64,000 nucleotides of DNA from a virus (lineage: Duplodnaviria; Caudoviricetes): IMG/VR virus record IMGVR_UViG_3300027766_000001; one strand, 5' to 3'. The number at the start of each line of letters is the position of its first letter. Positions within the stretch are counted from its first letter, which is position 1. This document shows positions 1-11,696 of the stretch, in pieces. The notes under the pieces were generated by a model. That model searched no databases. It had not been told where the DNA came from and saw only the letters and a program-made list of their open reading frames with translations. Position numbers and translations under genes: made by a program.

Positions 1-436
1 CATCGGCCTGTCTTATGTCGAGATCTCCAAACACGGTGATCTCAAACCCAATGCAGTGGATGATTTCCTGGTAAACGGTACACATGAGGAAGTGGATTTA
101 AAAAATGGCACCATTAGCATCCGCGCTTTCGTTCGCCAACCGGGCTTATTGATGTTGACTGTCTGTCAATCCGATAAAACGACTCCACAGGAAGAACAGC
201 GTCCCTTCCAGCGCAGCAATGGGTTAGACATGCGTCACCTTCTCGATGTCCCGCCGACCCCGAGTCATGCGTCTATGTACTGCAGCGCAGACATTGTGAC
301 ACATGATGCAACGAGGCCATTGTCACTCGCGATCTTAGACATTCTTCGCATCTTTTCTCTCGAAAACAACCTTACGTTGCTGACAGAGCTTGACGTGACC
401 AGCACCGTAACTTATGTGTTCATCGATAAAGCATAA
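1..436 (+). CDS. Hypothetical protein, 5'-truncated by window edge
   Basis: Frame is open from base 2 to TAA at 436; the track's GTG at 56 is probably internal. Confidence 0.6.
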   Translation, partial: IGLSYVEISKHGDLKPNAVDDFLVNGTHEEVDLKNGTISIRAFVRQPGLLMLTVCQSDKTTPQEEQRPFQRSNGLDMRHLLDVPPTPSHASMYCSADIVTHDATRPLSLAILDILRIFSLENNLTLLTELDVTSTVTYVFIDKA

Positions 437-447
437 GGTTGTGATGC

Positions 448-711
448 ATGGACAAAGAAACCAATCAACACGTTGGCGTGTCGGTTAAGTTCCCCACACT
501 CCCTCGTAAAGACAAGACGCTCATGACTGCACATGAGTTTGAAGAACTGTTACGTCTCTCCGGTGAGACTAACCGTTCTCGTCTTATTCATCAGGCATTG
601 CATCATTATCGTGATGTGGTGCGTCAGCAACTCATTGAAGAACAAGAAAACCTCGGTAAGCGCATTGCAGAGTTCAATGCCGTCTTTCCGTCTGATAAGG
701 AACCATCATGA
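448..711 (+). CDS. Small protein, possible ribbon-helix-helix DNA-binding fold
   Basis: FEELLRLSGETNRSRLIHQALHHY resembles CopG-type helices; ATGA overlap with next gene. Confidence 0.45.
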   Translation: MDKETNQHVGVSVKFPTLPRKDKTLMTAHEFEELLRLSGETNRSRLIHQALHHYRDVVRQQLIEEQENLGKRIAEFNAVFPSDKEPS

Positions 712-1454
712 GCGAAACAAAATCCCTGGGTGGCGAAGCGATCCTGGTGTACCGCAAACATAACTTCCGTCGACTGCTGGAGCCGTATCTGCCAGAAAGC
801 GTGATCAATAAAGCACTGGCGCAGTATGCGTTAAATGACGCGGCGCATCTGGAAGACCATGCCATTGCGGTGGTCATCCATGCGGATGAAATCATCAAGC
901 GTTTTCCGGAACTGAAACCGTGGCGTCATGTAATTCTGGTGGGTGCGTTACTGCATGACACCAAATGTCATGTTAGTCGGGATAAGCATCACATCCTGGG
1001 AGCATTGGCGGTGTATCGTGAATTCCTCTGTGCCAGCCCAGTCAGTCGTAATGCGTTTACGTACGATGAAGTTACCATGGTTGAAGAGTGTGTGTTAGAG
1101 CACCGTGCCTCCTGGAAGCACAAACGCTCTCACGACGCCTCTGAGGCTGTGGCGGCAGCAGACAGGGGTAAGCCTGACTTGTACGGTTACATGCGCCGTG
1201 CGGTGCGTTTCCGTTACGCTCAGCTGGAACAGGGTACGGTGGTCACGGAAGACACCAAGCGCACTATTATTACCGACTCCATCACCCACATGCGGGAAAA
1301 GTTCGGGGTTAGTGGTTACGCCTGGGACAGCATGCCCAAGTACACCCTGCTGATGTATGAAGCGGAGATCGAAGAAATGAAATCGGCTGTGTCGTATCCC
1401 AACAGTCATCTGGTTACTGTGGCGCTTGAGCGCTTTGATGAGTGGGTGTCATAA
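708..1454 (+). CDS. HD-domain phosphohydrolase
   Basis: DH...ALLHD...HH...EHRAS...AADR metal-ligand pattern. Confidence 0.8.
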   Translation: MSETKSLGGEAILVYRKHNFRRLLEPYLPESVINKALAQYALNDAAHLEDHAIAVVIHADEIIKRFPELKPWRHVILVGALLHDTKCHVSRDKHHILGALAVYREFLCASPVSRNAFTYDEVTMVEECVLEHRASWKHKRSHDASEAVAAADRGKPDLYGYMRRAVRFRYAQLEQGTVVTEDTKRTIITDSITHMREKFGVSGYAWDSMPKYTLLMYEAEIEEMKSAVSYPNSHLVTVALERFDEWVS

Positions 1455-1471
1455 CCACTATACCTTAAATG

Positions 1472-1494
1472 GCCAGGGAGTCCTGGCTTCTTTG
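1472..1494 (+). terminator. Intrinsic terminator
   Basis: GCCAGG-gagt-CCTGGC then TTCTTTG. Confidence 0.65.
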
Positions 1495-1515
1495 CTTAAC
1501 TTGTGAGGTCCTTTT

Positions 1516-1986
1516 ATGTCTACTATGAGCCCATCCGTACAATCTATCTTTAAGTTCAAGCACCCGAGTCTGTTAGGTTATGACCCGGATCGTGAGAACA
1601 TCAAGGTGGAACGCTTTAACTTAAAGTTGGAACGTGCTCCGGCTAATGTCAAGAACGCGCCGTATGTCCAGGAACACCTGGTGGCGTTGTTGAACCGGCT
1701 GGAGTTACGGGGTGAAGTCATTAAGCAGGTAGTGATGTGTGATTGGACACTGAGCTGCCGCATGCCCGATGACATCGTAGGTGTATTGGCCAAGGGCGTG
1801 GATCGTATCGACCTGGAACACTATGTCTGGTACGGCCGTGCCGATGTCTGGCAGTCTGATTTACAGCTGGATGATTTAGTCGGGGAGTTGCATCGACGTC
1901 ACGGTACGGCTATTAAGCCACAGTACCTGATTGAGAAGTTTCTCCAATTAGAGTGTACGGTCGAAATCGTCATGCTCAACCCTTAA
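1516..1986 (+). CDS. Hypothetical protein
   Basis: 156 aa ORF, GAGG RBS, leader CTTAACTTGT. Confidence 0.75.
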   Translation: MSTMSPSVQSIFKFKHPSLLGYDPDRENIKVERFNLKLERAPANVKNAPYVQEHLVALLNRLELRGEVIKQVVMCDWTLSCRMPDDIVGVLAKGVDRIDLEHYVWYGRADVWQSDLQLDDLVGELHRRHGTAIKPQYLIEKFLQLECTVEIVMLNP

Positions 1987-2096
1987 GTATTTTCGTACAA
2001 TCTCGTCTCTTCGTATAGAAGCCATTATTGGTTTTTAGCGAGCTAACGCTAACGAGACGAGTTATATGACGATACCCTTTTAAGAGAACTCTTATC

Positions 2097-2639
2097 ATGA
2101 TTAACTACATTGTCACCACACTGCTAACGGTGTGTTTGATTCTTATGCTATTGATTCACATCGGGTATGCCAAGAACAACATCAAGCGAATGGAACACAT
2201 GAACTTGACGTACTTGTTCAGCATGCTCACCACCGCCCTCAACAGCATCAACTTGACGGTTGTTCCGTCGCAAAGTATCGCTGCTGGGAGTGATACCGAA
2301 GACATGGATCGATTGCGTAAGATCACCGATGGTGTAGCAACCTATTTGCAAGTCTGGCAGGCGACGTTAGATTACATGTTAACGGCGTCACGTTGTCCCA
2401 GGATGCAAATCAACATGTCGGTAAGTCATACGACCACGTTCTTAAGTGACATGGGTGAACAGGTGGCTTACGGGTTCCAGCTCACCATCAATACCAACGA
2501 AGTGGTGAACACCCTGCCGTTAGTGATTGACAGTGTAAACCTTGCTGCTGTGGAAGGCAAGATGATGTACCACTCGCAACAGCTCGAGCAGCTGGTGAAC
2601 GGATTCATGCGGGGCGGTGAAGGGGTTGTACTTGCATAA
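2097..2639 (+). CDS. Hypothetical protein, N-terminal TM helix
   Basis: Hydrophobic N-terminus IVTTLLTVCLILMLLIHIG. Confidence 0.7.
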   Translation: MINYIVTTLLTVCLILMLLIHIGYAKNNIKRMEHMNLTYLFSMLTTALNSINLTVVPSQSIAAGSDTEDMDRLRKITDGVATYLQVWQATLDYMLTASRCPRMQINMSVSHTTTFLSDMGEQVAYGFQLTINTNEVVNTLPLVIDSVNLAAVEGKMMYHSQQLEQLVNGFMRGGEGVVLA

Positions 2640-2660
2640 GGGTTTTTAGGTATCGTTGGG

Positions 2661-2710
2661 GCTACTTCTGCTGGGGCTCACGCCCTGGTAGAGGTAGTTT
2701 CTTTTTATGA
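2661..2710 (+). terminator. Long G-U-rich hairpin terminator
   Basis: GCTACTTCTGCTGGGGC-tcac-GCCCTGGTAGAGGTAGT, 17 bp with several G-U pairs, then T-rich run ending TTATG. Confidence 0.65.
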
Positions 2711-2724
2711 TAATGAGGTGAGAA

Positions 2725-3240
2725 ATGAGTGCAGCAGAGTGGGGGAAGGTCGCGGTATACGGTATCATCATTGCGGTGTTACTGTGGATCACCATCGGGC
2801 GTTATCGGGGTGACAACAAAACGGTGTTATTACCGCCGGGTCATGAATTGGTGTTAGAGCACCTGAACGACTCTTTCCGTAATGTCATCATCACCATGAC
2901 AAACCGCATCGAAGACCACTTCGAAACGGAGTACAGTGAAAACTATTACCTGTTTATGGAACAGGCTGCCGAGCACTTTCGTCTCGGCACCGATTATGTC
3001 AAGACACTGGAGATCTACAAGCGCGGCTATCCGGGCTGGGTCTATTACGTCCGCGACATTATTCAGCCGGAAGATGAAAACCAGGCCTGGGAAATTACCC
3101 TGCAAACGGGGTATGACCAACAGGAGAAGTACTACATCCCGTGGCACAACATGGCACACTGCATTGATACCTTGACGATACTGAACAAGAGCAATGCCCT
3201 GCTGGTAAGCCGGTTTGAGCACGCGTTAAGTAAAATCTGA
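2725..3240 (+). CDS. Hypothetical membrane-anchored protein
   Basis: GAGGT RBS; N-terminal TM segment. Confidence 0.75.
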   Translation: MSAAEWGKVAVYGIIIAVLLWITIGRYRGDNKTVLLPPGHELVLEHLNDSFRNVIITMTNRIEDHFETEYSENYYLFMEQAAEHFRLGTDYVKTLEIYKRGYPGWVYYVRDIIQPEDENQAWEITLQTGYDQQEKYYIPWHNMAHCIDTLTILNKSNALLVSRFEHALSKI

Positions 3241-3289
3241 CATCCGCGGTACATGGTTTGACTTTAACTATAAATAGCAGGTATGTGTA

Positions 3290-3616
3290 ATGACTTTAAG
3301 TGACAAGCACGACAGCGATAACATTGGTTCAACGGAACGTATTGGTGGCCGGGGTATCAAGCGTAAAAAGAGTAACCGGCTTTTGACGATCCTGTTGGTT
3401 TGCGCGATTGCTTACGTTCTCGGAATGTTCTTTATTTTCGATCATGCGGATGTAGGCAATCCACTTGATGCGTATGAAAAGACCAGCATCGATAACACCC
3501 CAAACTTTAACATCACTGAACCGCACACACGCTGTCAGTATGTCTACGACTCGGTGAACAAAACCATCACGCAAGCCAAAGGTTCTGAAGGCTGTGCGTT
3601 ACCGAGTTTCAACTAA
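3290..3616 (+). CDS. Hypothetical single-pass membrane protein
   Basis: Basic stretch, then LLTILLVCAIAYVLGMFFIF. Confidence 0.7.
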   Translation: MTLSDKHDSDNIGSTERIGGRGIKRKKSNRLLTILLVCAIAYVLGMFFIFDHADVGNPLDAYEKTSIDNTPNFNITEPHTRCQYVYDSVNKTITQAKGSEGCALPSFN

Positions 3617-3637
3617 CCTTTACTTGTAGGAAAACGT

Positions 3638-3991
3638 ATGCACCTTGAAGATGTAATTTCCGTTGACGTTGCCGGTAAGACGTATCACTTCACCCGTCTT
3701 GAATCCCCGTTGAAAGAAATGCAAACCGGGAAGCTCGTCATCATGTATGTGTCTAAGCGCAAACGCTGCATTGAGAAAGTGTGGATGTGTGATGCTGAGA
3801 TTGACTACGACCTGCAGGGTCACATGGAAAACATCCTGGTAAGCCCACGCACCAAATGGTTTACCAAAGATTATGCCATGACGCGTATCGGACATATCGA
3901 TGAACGTTCGGTCACGATCACTGGCCCGGATAAGAAAAGCCTCAGTATGAGCATCATGGGTGACACGCTGTATACCCAAAAGCACCATTAA
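3638..3991 (+). CDS. Hypothetical protein
   Basis: AGGA RBS, leader CCTTTACTTGT. Confidence 0.7.
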   Translation: MHLEDVISVDVAGKTYHFTRLESPLKEMQTGKLVIMYVSKRKRCIEKVWMCDAEIDYDLQGHMENILVSPRTKWFTKDYAMTRIGHIDERSVTITGPDKKSLSMSIMGDTLYTQKHH

Positions 3992-4027
3992 CCTTTAACC
4001 CTTACTTGTTTGTACTCAGGAGACATT

Positions 4028-4512
4028 ATGTCAGAGTCCACCCGTCAGAACTTGATCAATCACCTCAAACAAAAAGAGGGTATCATTCCCGTCTGGGCCA
4101 ATTCCATTTACGGTCGTGGCGAGTACATCGTGGCGTCCAACGGTTTCCCGGGTAGTGAAAGCCGCAGTGCACACATCGACCACGTCGAAGGCATGTCCTG
4201 GGATCCGGCAGGTACAGTGTTGCTGGTCAATGCGGGTAAGCTTGTCAAAGGCGAGGAGAAGAACCCGCACAAAGACAGCATCACCATTACCATCGCGGGG
4301 ATGAGCAACACCGGCAAGACGTTGATTCAGCACATCATCACCGATGCACTGCGCGACAAAGGTTTCGAAATCAACTTCACCCCACGGGCTGAAAGTGAAA
4401 TGGCGAACACCGTTGACGACATTGACAAAGCTGCGGCCACGGTGCGTAAGCAGACTAAGATTCTGCTGGACGAACAGCACCTGTATAAACGTACGGTGCT
4501 CGGGAGTAAGTA

Positions 4513-4513
<1 letters not shown>
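4028..4513 (+). CDS. Hypothetical protein with P-loop-like motif
   Basis: ITIAGMSNTGKT; start moved to ATG 4028 after AGGAG. Confidence 0.65.
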
Positions 4514-6872
<2,359 letters not shown>

Positions 6873-6884
6873 ATCGATTCAAAT

Positions 6885-6903
6885 CTATATTACTGTGGTG
6901 AAT
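6885..6903 (+). promoter_or_regulatory. Early (virion RNAP) promoter
   Basis: CTATATTACTGTGGTGAAT contains the phiKZ early consensus TATATTAC; followed by hairpin 6909-6929. Confidence 0.75.
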
Positions 6904-6954
6904 CTCAATGCCGTGATCTCTTCACGGCACTTCATTTAATAAAAGGAAACCTGT

Positions 6955-8358
6955 ATGAACACCTCTATCAAAGCCCTGCGTTCTGTATCTGACCTGAACA
7001 CTGACGTTTCTGTAACCTCTATTGTTAAACCCCTGGATTCTGTGTTCGGCTCATTGGGCGAATTGCTGTTCAGCTGGGTTAATTCCTGTGGCTACGGCGA
7101 TCAGGATCACAAAGATCTCGACATGGCGCTCACCAAAGCCTGCTGCGAAGCACTCGGTCTTCCGTTCGTCAACTTCGACACCGACAACTTCATCAACCAC
7201 ACCCAGTATTTCCCGTCCGATGAATTCCTTGAGCCTTTCCTGGTAAAGCATGACTTCATCCGCAAAGGCAATGGTTCCTTCGTCGCCCTGGATCACGGTA
7301 ACCGTGTAATCGGTTATCTGTCTGTTGCGCCGGACAGTCACCGTAACGTCACCGTTGTTTTCGGTGGTGCGGAATCGCTTGCGCTTGAGTTGCTGGATCT
7401 TTTTAAAGGGAACCTTGCTACCGACCCGGTGAGCGAGTCTCGTACTCCGTACTATGAAGTGGTTAAAGGTGGTCGTGGTATGAGCTTTATGCCGGGCGGT
7501 GGTGGCGAAGCACTGGCGTTGACCAATGGGGTGATTGATCGCCCGCGCGTTGCTCAGCCGGAGTTCTATCCTTACCTGGGTGGTTCGGTGCATGAGCTGT
7601 TTGCGCAGTTTATGGCTTCCGATGAAACGGTGATGATTCTGTCAGGTCCTCCGGGCACCGGCAAAACTTCAGCAGTTTCTGCGGCTATTGATCTGCTGCG
7701 TATTCTGCCGATCTATGCCAAGAAAACCGACGTCATCGCGGACCGTGACTTTGTTGACTTCGTCTTTAAGGTGAGCGACAAGTACATGAGCCAGATTGGC
7801 GGGACCGATGCACGTGCACGTGCAGATCTGTTTAAAGATAACCCGCTGATTGAGCGTGAGTTACTCGACAAGAAACTCGCTGCGTTCCGTACTGACGAGG
7901 GTGTCGAGAAAGAAGAGCCGCGTGTTCCGATGGTTATCTGTGAAGATGCAGATCTTCTTCTGGCGCCGCGTAGCATGGGTAACACCTTGATGGGTAACCT
8001 GCTGAACGAAACTGACGGCATCTCCAGCAACACGTCACGTAAAGTGGTCTTCCTCACCAACATCACCGATCGTAAATTGATCGAAGAAGCGTTGATGCGT
8101 GAAGGTCGTTGCTTTGCAGTGATTGACTTCCGTCTGCTGACCCCGGAAGAAGCGGTTGCTGCACGCGAAGCTGCGGGTCTGCCGCCGTTCAAAGAAGTGC
8201 CAACCGCACCGATTTCTCTGGCTGCGACTTTGCGTAAACCACGTAAGAGCATCAAAATCATCGATGGCAAAATTGTCATCAGTGAAGTGGTGGTCGACCA
8301 CGTCAATGCGGAAACGCACGTTGATGATCGTGTTGACGAAGACAAAGACGCTGAGTAA
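6955..8358 (+). CDS. AAA+ ATPase
   Basis: Walker A GPPGTGKT, Walker B VICEDAD, LLNETDG, sensor LTN, Arg finger REGR. Confidence 0.88.
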   Translation: MNTSIKALRSVSDLNTDVSVTSIVKPLDSVFGSLGELLFSWVNSCGYGDQDHKDLDMALTKACCEALGLPFVNFDTDNFINHTQYFPSDEFLEPFLVKHDFIRKGNGSFVALDHGNRVIGYLSVAPDSHRNVTVVFGGAESLALELLDLFKGNLATDPVSESRTPYYEVVKGGRGMSFMPGGGGEALALTNGVIDRPRVAQPEFYPYLGGSVHELFAQFMASDETVMILSGPPGTGKTSAVSAAIDLLRILPIYAKKTDVIADRDFVDFVFKVSDKYMSQIGGTDARARADLFKDNPLIERELLDKKLAAFRTDEGVEKEEPRVPMVICEDADLLLAPRSMGNTLMGNLLNETDGISSNTSRKVVFLTNITDRKLIEEALMREGRCFAVIDFRLLTPEEAVAAREAAGLPPFKEVPTAPISLAATLRKPRKSIKIIDGKIVISEVVVDHVNAETHVDDRVDEDKDAE

Positions 8359-8359
8359 T

Positions 8360-8400
8360 CGGCATAAGCGCCAGGGGTAATTCCCTGGCCTTATTTTTTA
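8360..8400 (+). terminator. Terminator preceded by CGGCATAA box
   Basis: CGGCATAA then GCCAGGG/CCCTGGC stem and T-run. Confidence 0.75.
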
Positions 8401-8419
8401 ACACAAACCAGAGGTTTTT

Positions 8420-8920
8420 ATGGGTAAGTTTGCTGATCTTAAATCCCAAACAGTGCCGTTGTTGAAAGCCACGCCGCAAGCAGAACCCCTTCATTATCGT
8501 GTCGGTAAGCAGTTAGGCGAAACCATGGCCGATGCGCTAACAGGGATGCTTAACGCACCTGTTGCCGATTTAGAAGCTGCAGTAATAAAAGATGGTGGTG
8601 TCGCGTCGAACCACAACGTTACGTTTAGCATTAATGAAAACATGGGTTGGTTTGACATTCGTGTTGATAAACTGAAAGTTGACGGTGTCAATGTTTACGA
8701 CCAACTCATCTATGGTGACAGCATCAAGAAGATGTTGAACGTTGCATGTCTGACTATTGTTAGCAAACACCCAGACTTGTTTGCGGTCTACCAATTCGAT
8801 GAAATGGCGTGTGCGACGGTTTACATTAACGATGAGTCGTTCGAGCCCGCTCGTCCGGTTTCCTTCAGCGTTTGGAAATGGCTTAAGTCCTTGTTTGTGC
8901 CGCACAAAGTCGGCGTGTAA
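8420..8920 (+). CDS. Hypothetical protein
   Basis: 166 aa, GAGG RBS. Confidence 0.7.
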   Translation: MGKFADLKSQTVPLLKATPQAEPLHYRVGKQLGETMADALTGMLNAPVADLEAAVIKDGGVASNHNVTFSINENMGWFDIRVDKLKVDGVNVYDQLIYGDSIKKMLNVACLTIVSKHPDLFAVYQFDEMACATVYINDESFEPARPVSFSVWKWLKSLFVPHKVGV

Positions 8921-8944
8921 TTCTTAACTTGTTGGGGTGTTACT

Positions 8945-9289
8945 ATGCCATTCATGATTGTCAACACAAAGCAGATCAACATTGATCAGCCCATGTTTAA
9001 TCAGCTTTGCCAGCTTATCCGTAAGTGTCGTCCACAAATTGACAACATGTCAATCCTGGAAGCTTACCAGATTAAAGAAGATGGTGATTACGCCATCCTC
9101 AACAACAAGGTGTACGTGATTCTGAAAATCAGTGGTCATCGTCTGCCGAAATATCTGTGTCTCGGACGTCGTGAGCTTCAGCCTGAGCTGGATGCGTTAA
9201 ACCCTACGTTCATTACCGATCGACGGATGCGGATTGATAACCATCTGTCCTTCCCCGATCAACCTGAAATCATTTACCACACCTGTTAA
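8945..9289 (+). CDS. Hypothetical protein
   Basis: 114 aa, leader CTTAACTTGT. Confidence 0.7.
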   Translation: MPFMIVNTKQINIDQPMFNQLCQLIRKCRPQIDNMSILEAYQIKEDGDYAILNNKVYVILKISGHRLPKYLCLGRRELQPELDALNPTFITDRRMRIDNHLSFPDQPEIIYHTC

Positions 9290-9301
9290 GGATAAACCCG
9301 T

Positions 9302-9997
9302 ATGATCAATGCACAACCTGCCACCGGCTACCCAAATCTGTTTGAGTACGGTGAAAACGAAGTGCCGTTCACCGCCAAGGTCGACAGCAAGAAAGAGCTG
9401 CCGGCCAATGCCGATGACAACGACGTCGCGCTGGTTGCCGATGAGGTGGTCTACAGCTTCAATGCCGAAGAAGGCGAGTGGAAATTGAACCTGTGGCTGA
9501 CACACGTTTGGGAAATGGAAGTCAAGCGTGATGAAGCAAACAAATCCAAATGGGAGCTGGCGGTGATGGATGCCGTGACCCGTCTGGACTTCGGCAAAGG
9601 TGAACGTAAAGACTGGACTCTTCAGAACTGGATGGCACATGTCGGTGCGGGTCTGCGTTCTGATCATCTGGTGGTGTTCGGTAGCATCCAGGCGGCTGAT
9701 GCCATGATTCGCGGCATCCTGAATACCGTGGCAGCCGCACACGCTGAAACTAAAGAAGCCGGCCCGTTGACCCTGAACTTCTCAGGTGGCACCGAACTGC
9801 AACGCACGCTGATCGGCACTACCCTTATCGGTAAGCTTGCACCTCTGCCGGTTAAAGTCGGTGAGAACCTATCCTCGCTGTTCCAACGCATGGATCACAC
9901 TGGCGGGCTGGGCGAAGAAGAATACCTGGTCGTGATGGAAGCGGTGGCTAAAACCGGCATCACGATCGAAGCTGACCTGTCTCCAAAAGAAGATTAA
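9302..9997 (+). CDS. Hypothetical protein
   Basis: 231 aa, AAGGA RBS. Confidence 0.75.
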   Translation: MINAQPATGYPNLFEYGENEVPFTAKVDSKKELPANADDNDVALVADEVVYSFNAEEGEWKLNLWLTHVWEMEVKRDEANKSKWELAVMDAVTRLDFGKGERKDWTLQNWMAHVGAGLRSDHLVVFGSIQAADAMIRGILNTVAAAHAETKEAGPLTLNFSGGTELQRTLIGTTLIGKLAPLPVKVGENLSSLFQRMDHTGGLGEEEYLVVMEAVAKTGITIEADLSPKED

Positions 9998-10029
9998 CCC
10001 TTTTAACCACCTCAATAAAGAGAACACGC

Positions 10030-10917
10030 ATGTCACAGTCTAACGGTACCTTAGTTATTAGCATTCCTCATGATGCAACCGACCCGATCGCCATCGTTAA
10101 AAAGGTCGTCAATAGTTTCATCGTTGACGCACCGGTGTCCGGTCTGTCGGTCAATATCGATGTGAACGCCACCTACAAAGAAGTACCGGTAAGTGGCCCG
10201 TCTCGCTTCCTGGGTAACGTGGTTATTAGCAACGGCACTGTAGTGGCTAACAACGTACATCCGCTGGAAGACGTGCCGGAGTATATGGCGAAGATCCGTC
10301 AGTGGGCAACCGACCGTAACATCATCGGCGGTGGCTCTACCGACCTGGATCAGCTGATCAAAGGTCTGACAGAAGCGGGTGAGTTCTGGACTCATATCGG
10401 TAAACGTCAGCATGCAATGCTCAAAGACGACATCGGTGACATCATTGTTTGCCTGGTGAACTCAGTGGGTTGTCTGGATATCAATCTGGAAGACTACATC
10501 ACAGCACTGGACAAAGACAGTCGTGTCGGCGCTAAGGCCCAGTATGAAGCAAAAGGCCTGAAACGCACCAGCCTGCAGGTACTGTACGGTCTGACTGATG
10601 CGGCGCGTCACATCGAAACATTGATGGATAACAGCGACGCACACCCTGTTGACATCCGCTCCATTAAAATCGATATCGCAGACGCAGCAAGCGACGTGGT
10701 TTACGTGCTGGAAACGATTGCCATTGAAATGGGCTGGACGCTGGCTGAATGTCTGCACGAAGCCTACTACGATATCTGGCAGCGTAAAGGTCTGATGGTT
10801 CAGGGTACGTTTGTCAAAGAGTCTGACTTCACCCGTGAAATGGTTGAAGCCGCGCTGGCTGACCCGAACACCAAACCGACCACCCGTGCCTACCTGACGG
10901 GTTGGCTGGCCAAGTAA
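10030..10917 (+). CDS. MazG-like NTP pyrophosphohydrolase
   Basis: WATDRNI...EAGE...DDIGDIIVCL and WTLAECLHEAYYDIWQRKGLMVQGTFVKESD. Confidence 0.8.
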   Translation: MSQSNGTLVISIPHDATDPIAIVKKVVNSFIVDAPVSGLSVNIDVNATYKEVPVSGPSRFLGNVVISNGTVVANNVHPLEDVPEYMAKIRQWATDRNIIGGGSTDLDQLIKGLTEAGEFWTHIGKRQHAMLKDDIGDIIVCLVNSVGCLDINLEDYITALDKDSRVGAKAQYEAKGLKRTSLQVLYGLTDAARHIETLMDNSDAHPVDIRSIKIDIADAASDVVYVLETIAIEMGWTLAECLHEAYYDIWQRKGLMVQGTFVKESDFTREMVEAALADPNTKPTTRAYLTGWLAK

Positions 10918-10932
10918 TCCCTGGGGGGTTGT

Positions 10933-11280
10933 ATGATCGAAGTCAAACAAGTCGCTTACCGCTTTAATGCTGACATGTTAAAGCTGTATGCTGAGCGTAT
11001 TACCCGTGCACAGGACGAAGGGCGTCAGGTGTTCATTGTAGCGTCTCCGGAAAACCAGGAGAAGTTCAAAGATCACTTGCCACACTTTATCAACGAGGCG
11101 TCTTTTGCCGCGGTGGTGTTTGTTGGTTACCCGGTCAGTGAACGTGAGGCTAATAACCTCGGTCGTGGTGCCGCCAACGTCAGCTGGATCGTTGTCGATG
11201 ATACAGGTCGTTATACTGAGATCATGGCACCTGTGATGGAAGCGGTTGGCAATCCCGACGTGTTGTTCGTCCAACATTAA
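10933..11280 (+). CDS. Hypothetical protein (paralog of 11324-11680)
   Basis: Shared YRF, YP, (R/K)G and IVxDxxGR(Y/F)T motifs. Confidence 0.7.
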   Translation: MIEVKQVAYRFNADMLKLYAERITRAQDEGRQVFIVASPENQEKFKDHLPHFINEASFAAVVFVGYPVSEREANNLGRGAANVSWIVVDDTGRYTEIMAPVMEAVGNPDVLFVQH

Positions 11281-11285
11281 TACCT

Positions 11286-11310
11286 AGAGGGCTTCGGCCC
11301 TCTTCTTATA
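11286..11310 (+). terminator. Hairpin/terminator
   Basis: AGAGGGC-ttcg-GCCCTCT then TCTTATA. Confidence 0.6.
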
Positions 11311-11323
11311 CCCGGAGACTTGT

Positions 11324-11680
11324 ATGATCAGAGAAATTAAAACCGAGTACCGTTTTAGCAACGTCATGATCGCAACGTACCTTGCGTATGTTAAAACGGC
11401 ATTTGAATCCAACCAGACGCCTGTCGTCTTTGCAGATGTGGGGAGTCGCAGTGAACTCAAAACTCTGTTCCAGGAGAACCTGGATAAGGCACAGTTTGAG
11501 CGCATTGAGTTTCGTGCTTACCCGCATGATCCGCGCGTGGCTGAGAACATGGCCAAAGGCTTATCCAATAAGCTGTTTATCGTCATTGATGAGAAAGGTC
11601 GCTTCACTGACCAGATCAGTCGTTCCATTGGTTGGTCCATGGCTGCTGCCAGAACCGACGCATTAATTGTTCACCACTAA
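11324..11680 (+). CDS. Hypothetical protein (paralog of 10933-11280)
   Basis: GGAG RBS; shared motifs with upstream gene. Confidence 0.7.
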   Translation: MIREIKTEYRFSNVMIATYLAYVKTAFESNQTPVVFADVGSRSELKTLFQENLDKAQFERIEFRAYPHDPRVAENMAKGLSNKLFIVIDEKGRFTDQISRSIGWSMAAARTDALIVHH

Positions 11681-11696
11681 CCCGTAGGGAGTTGTT

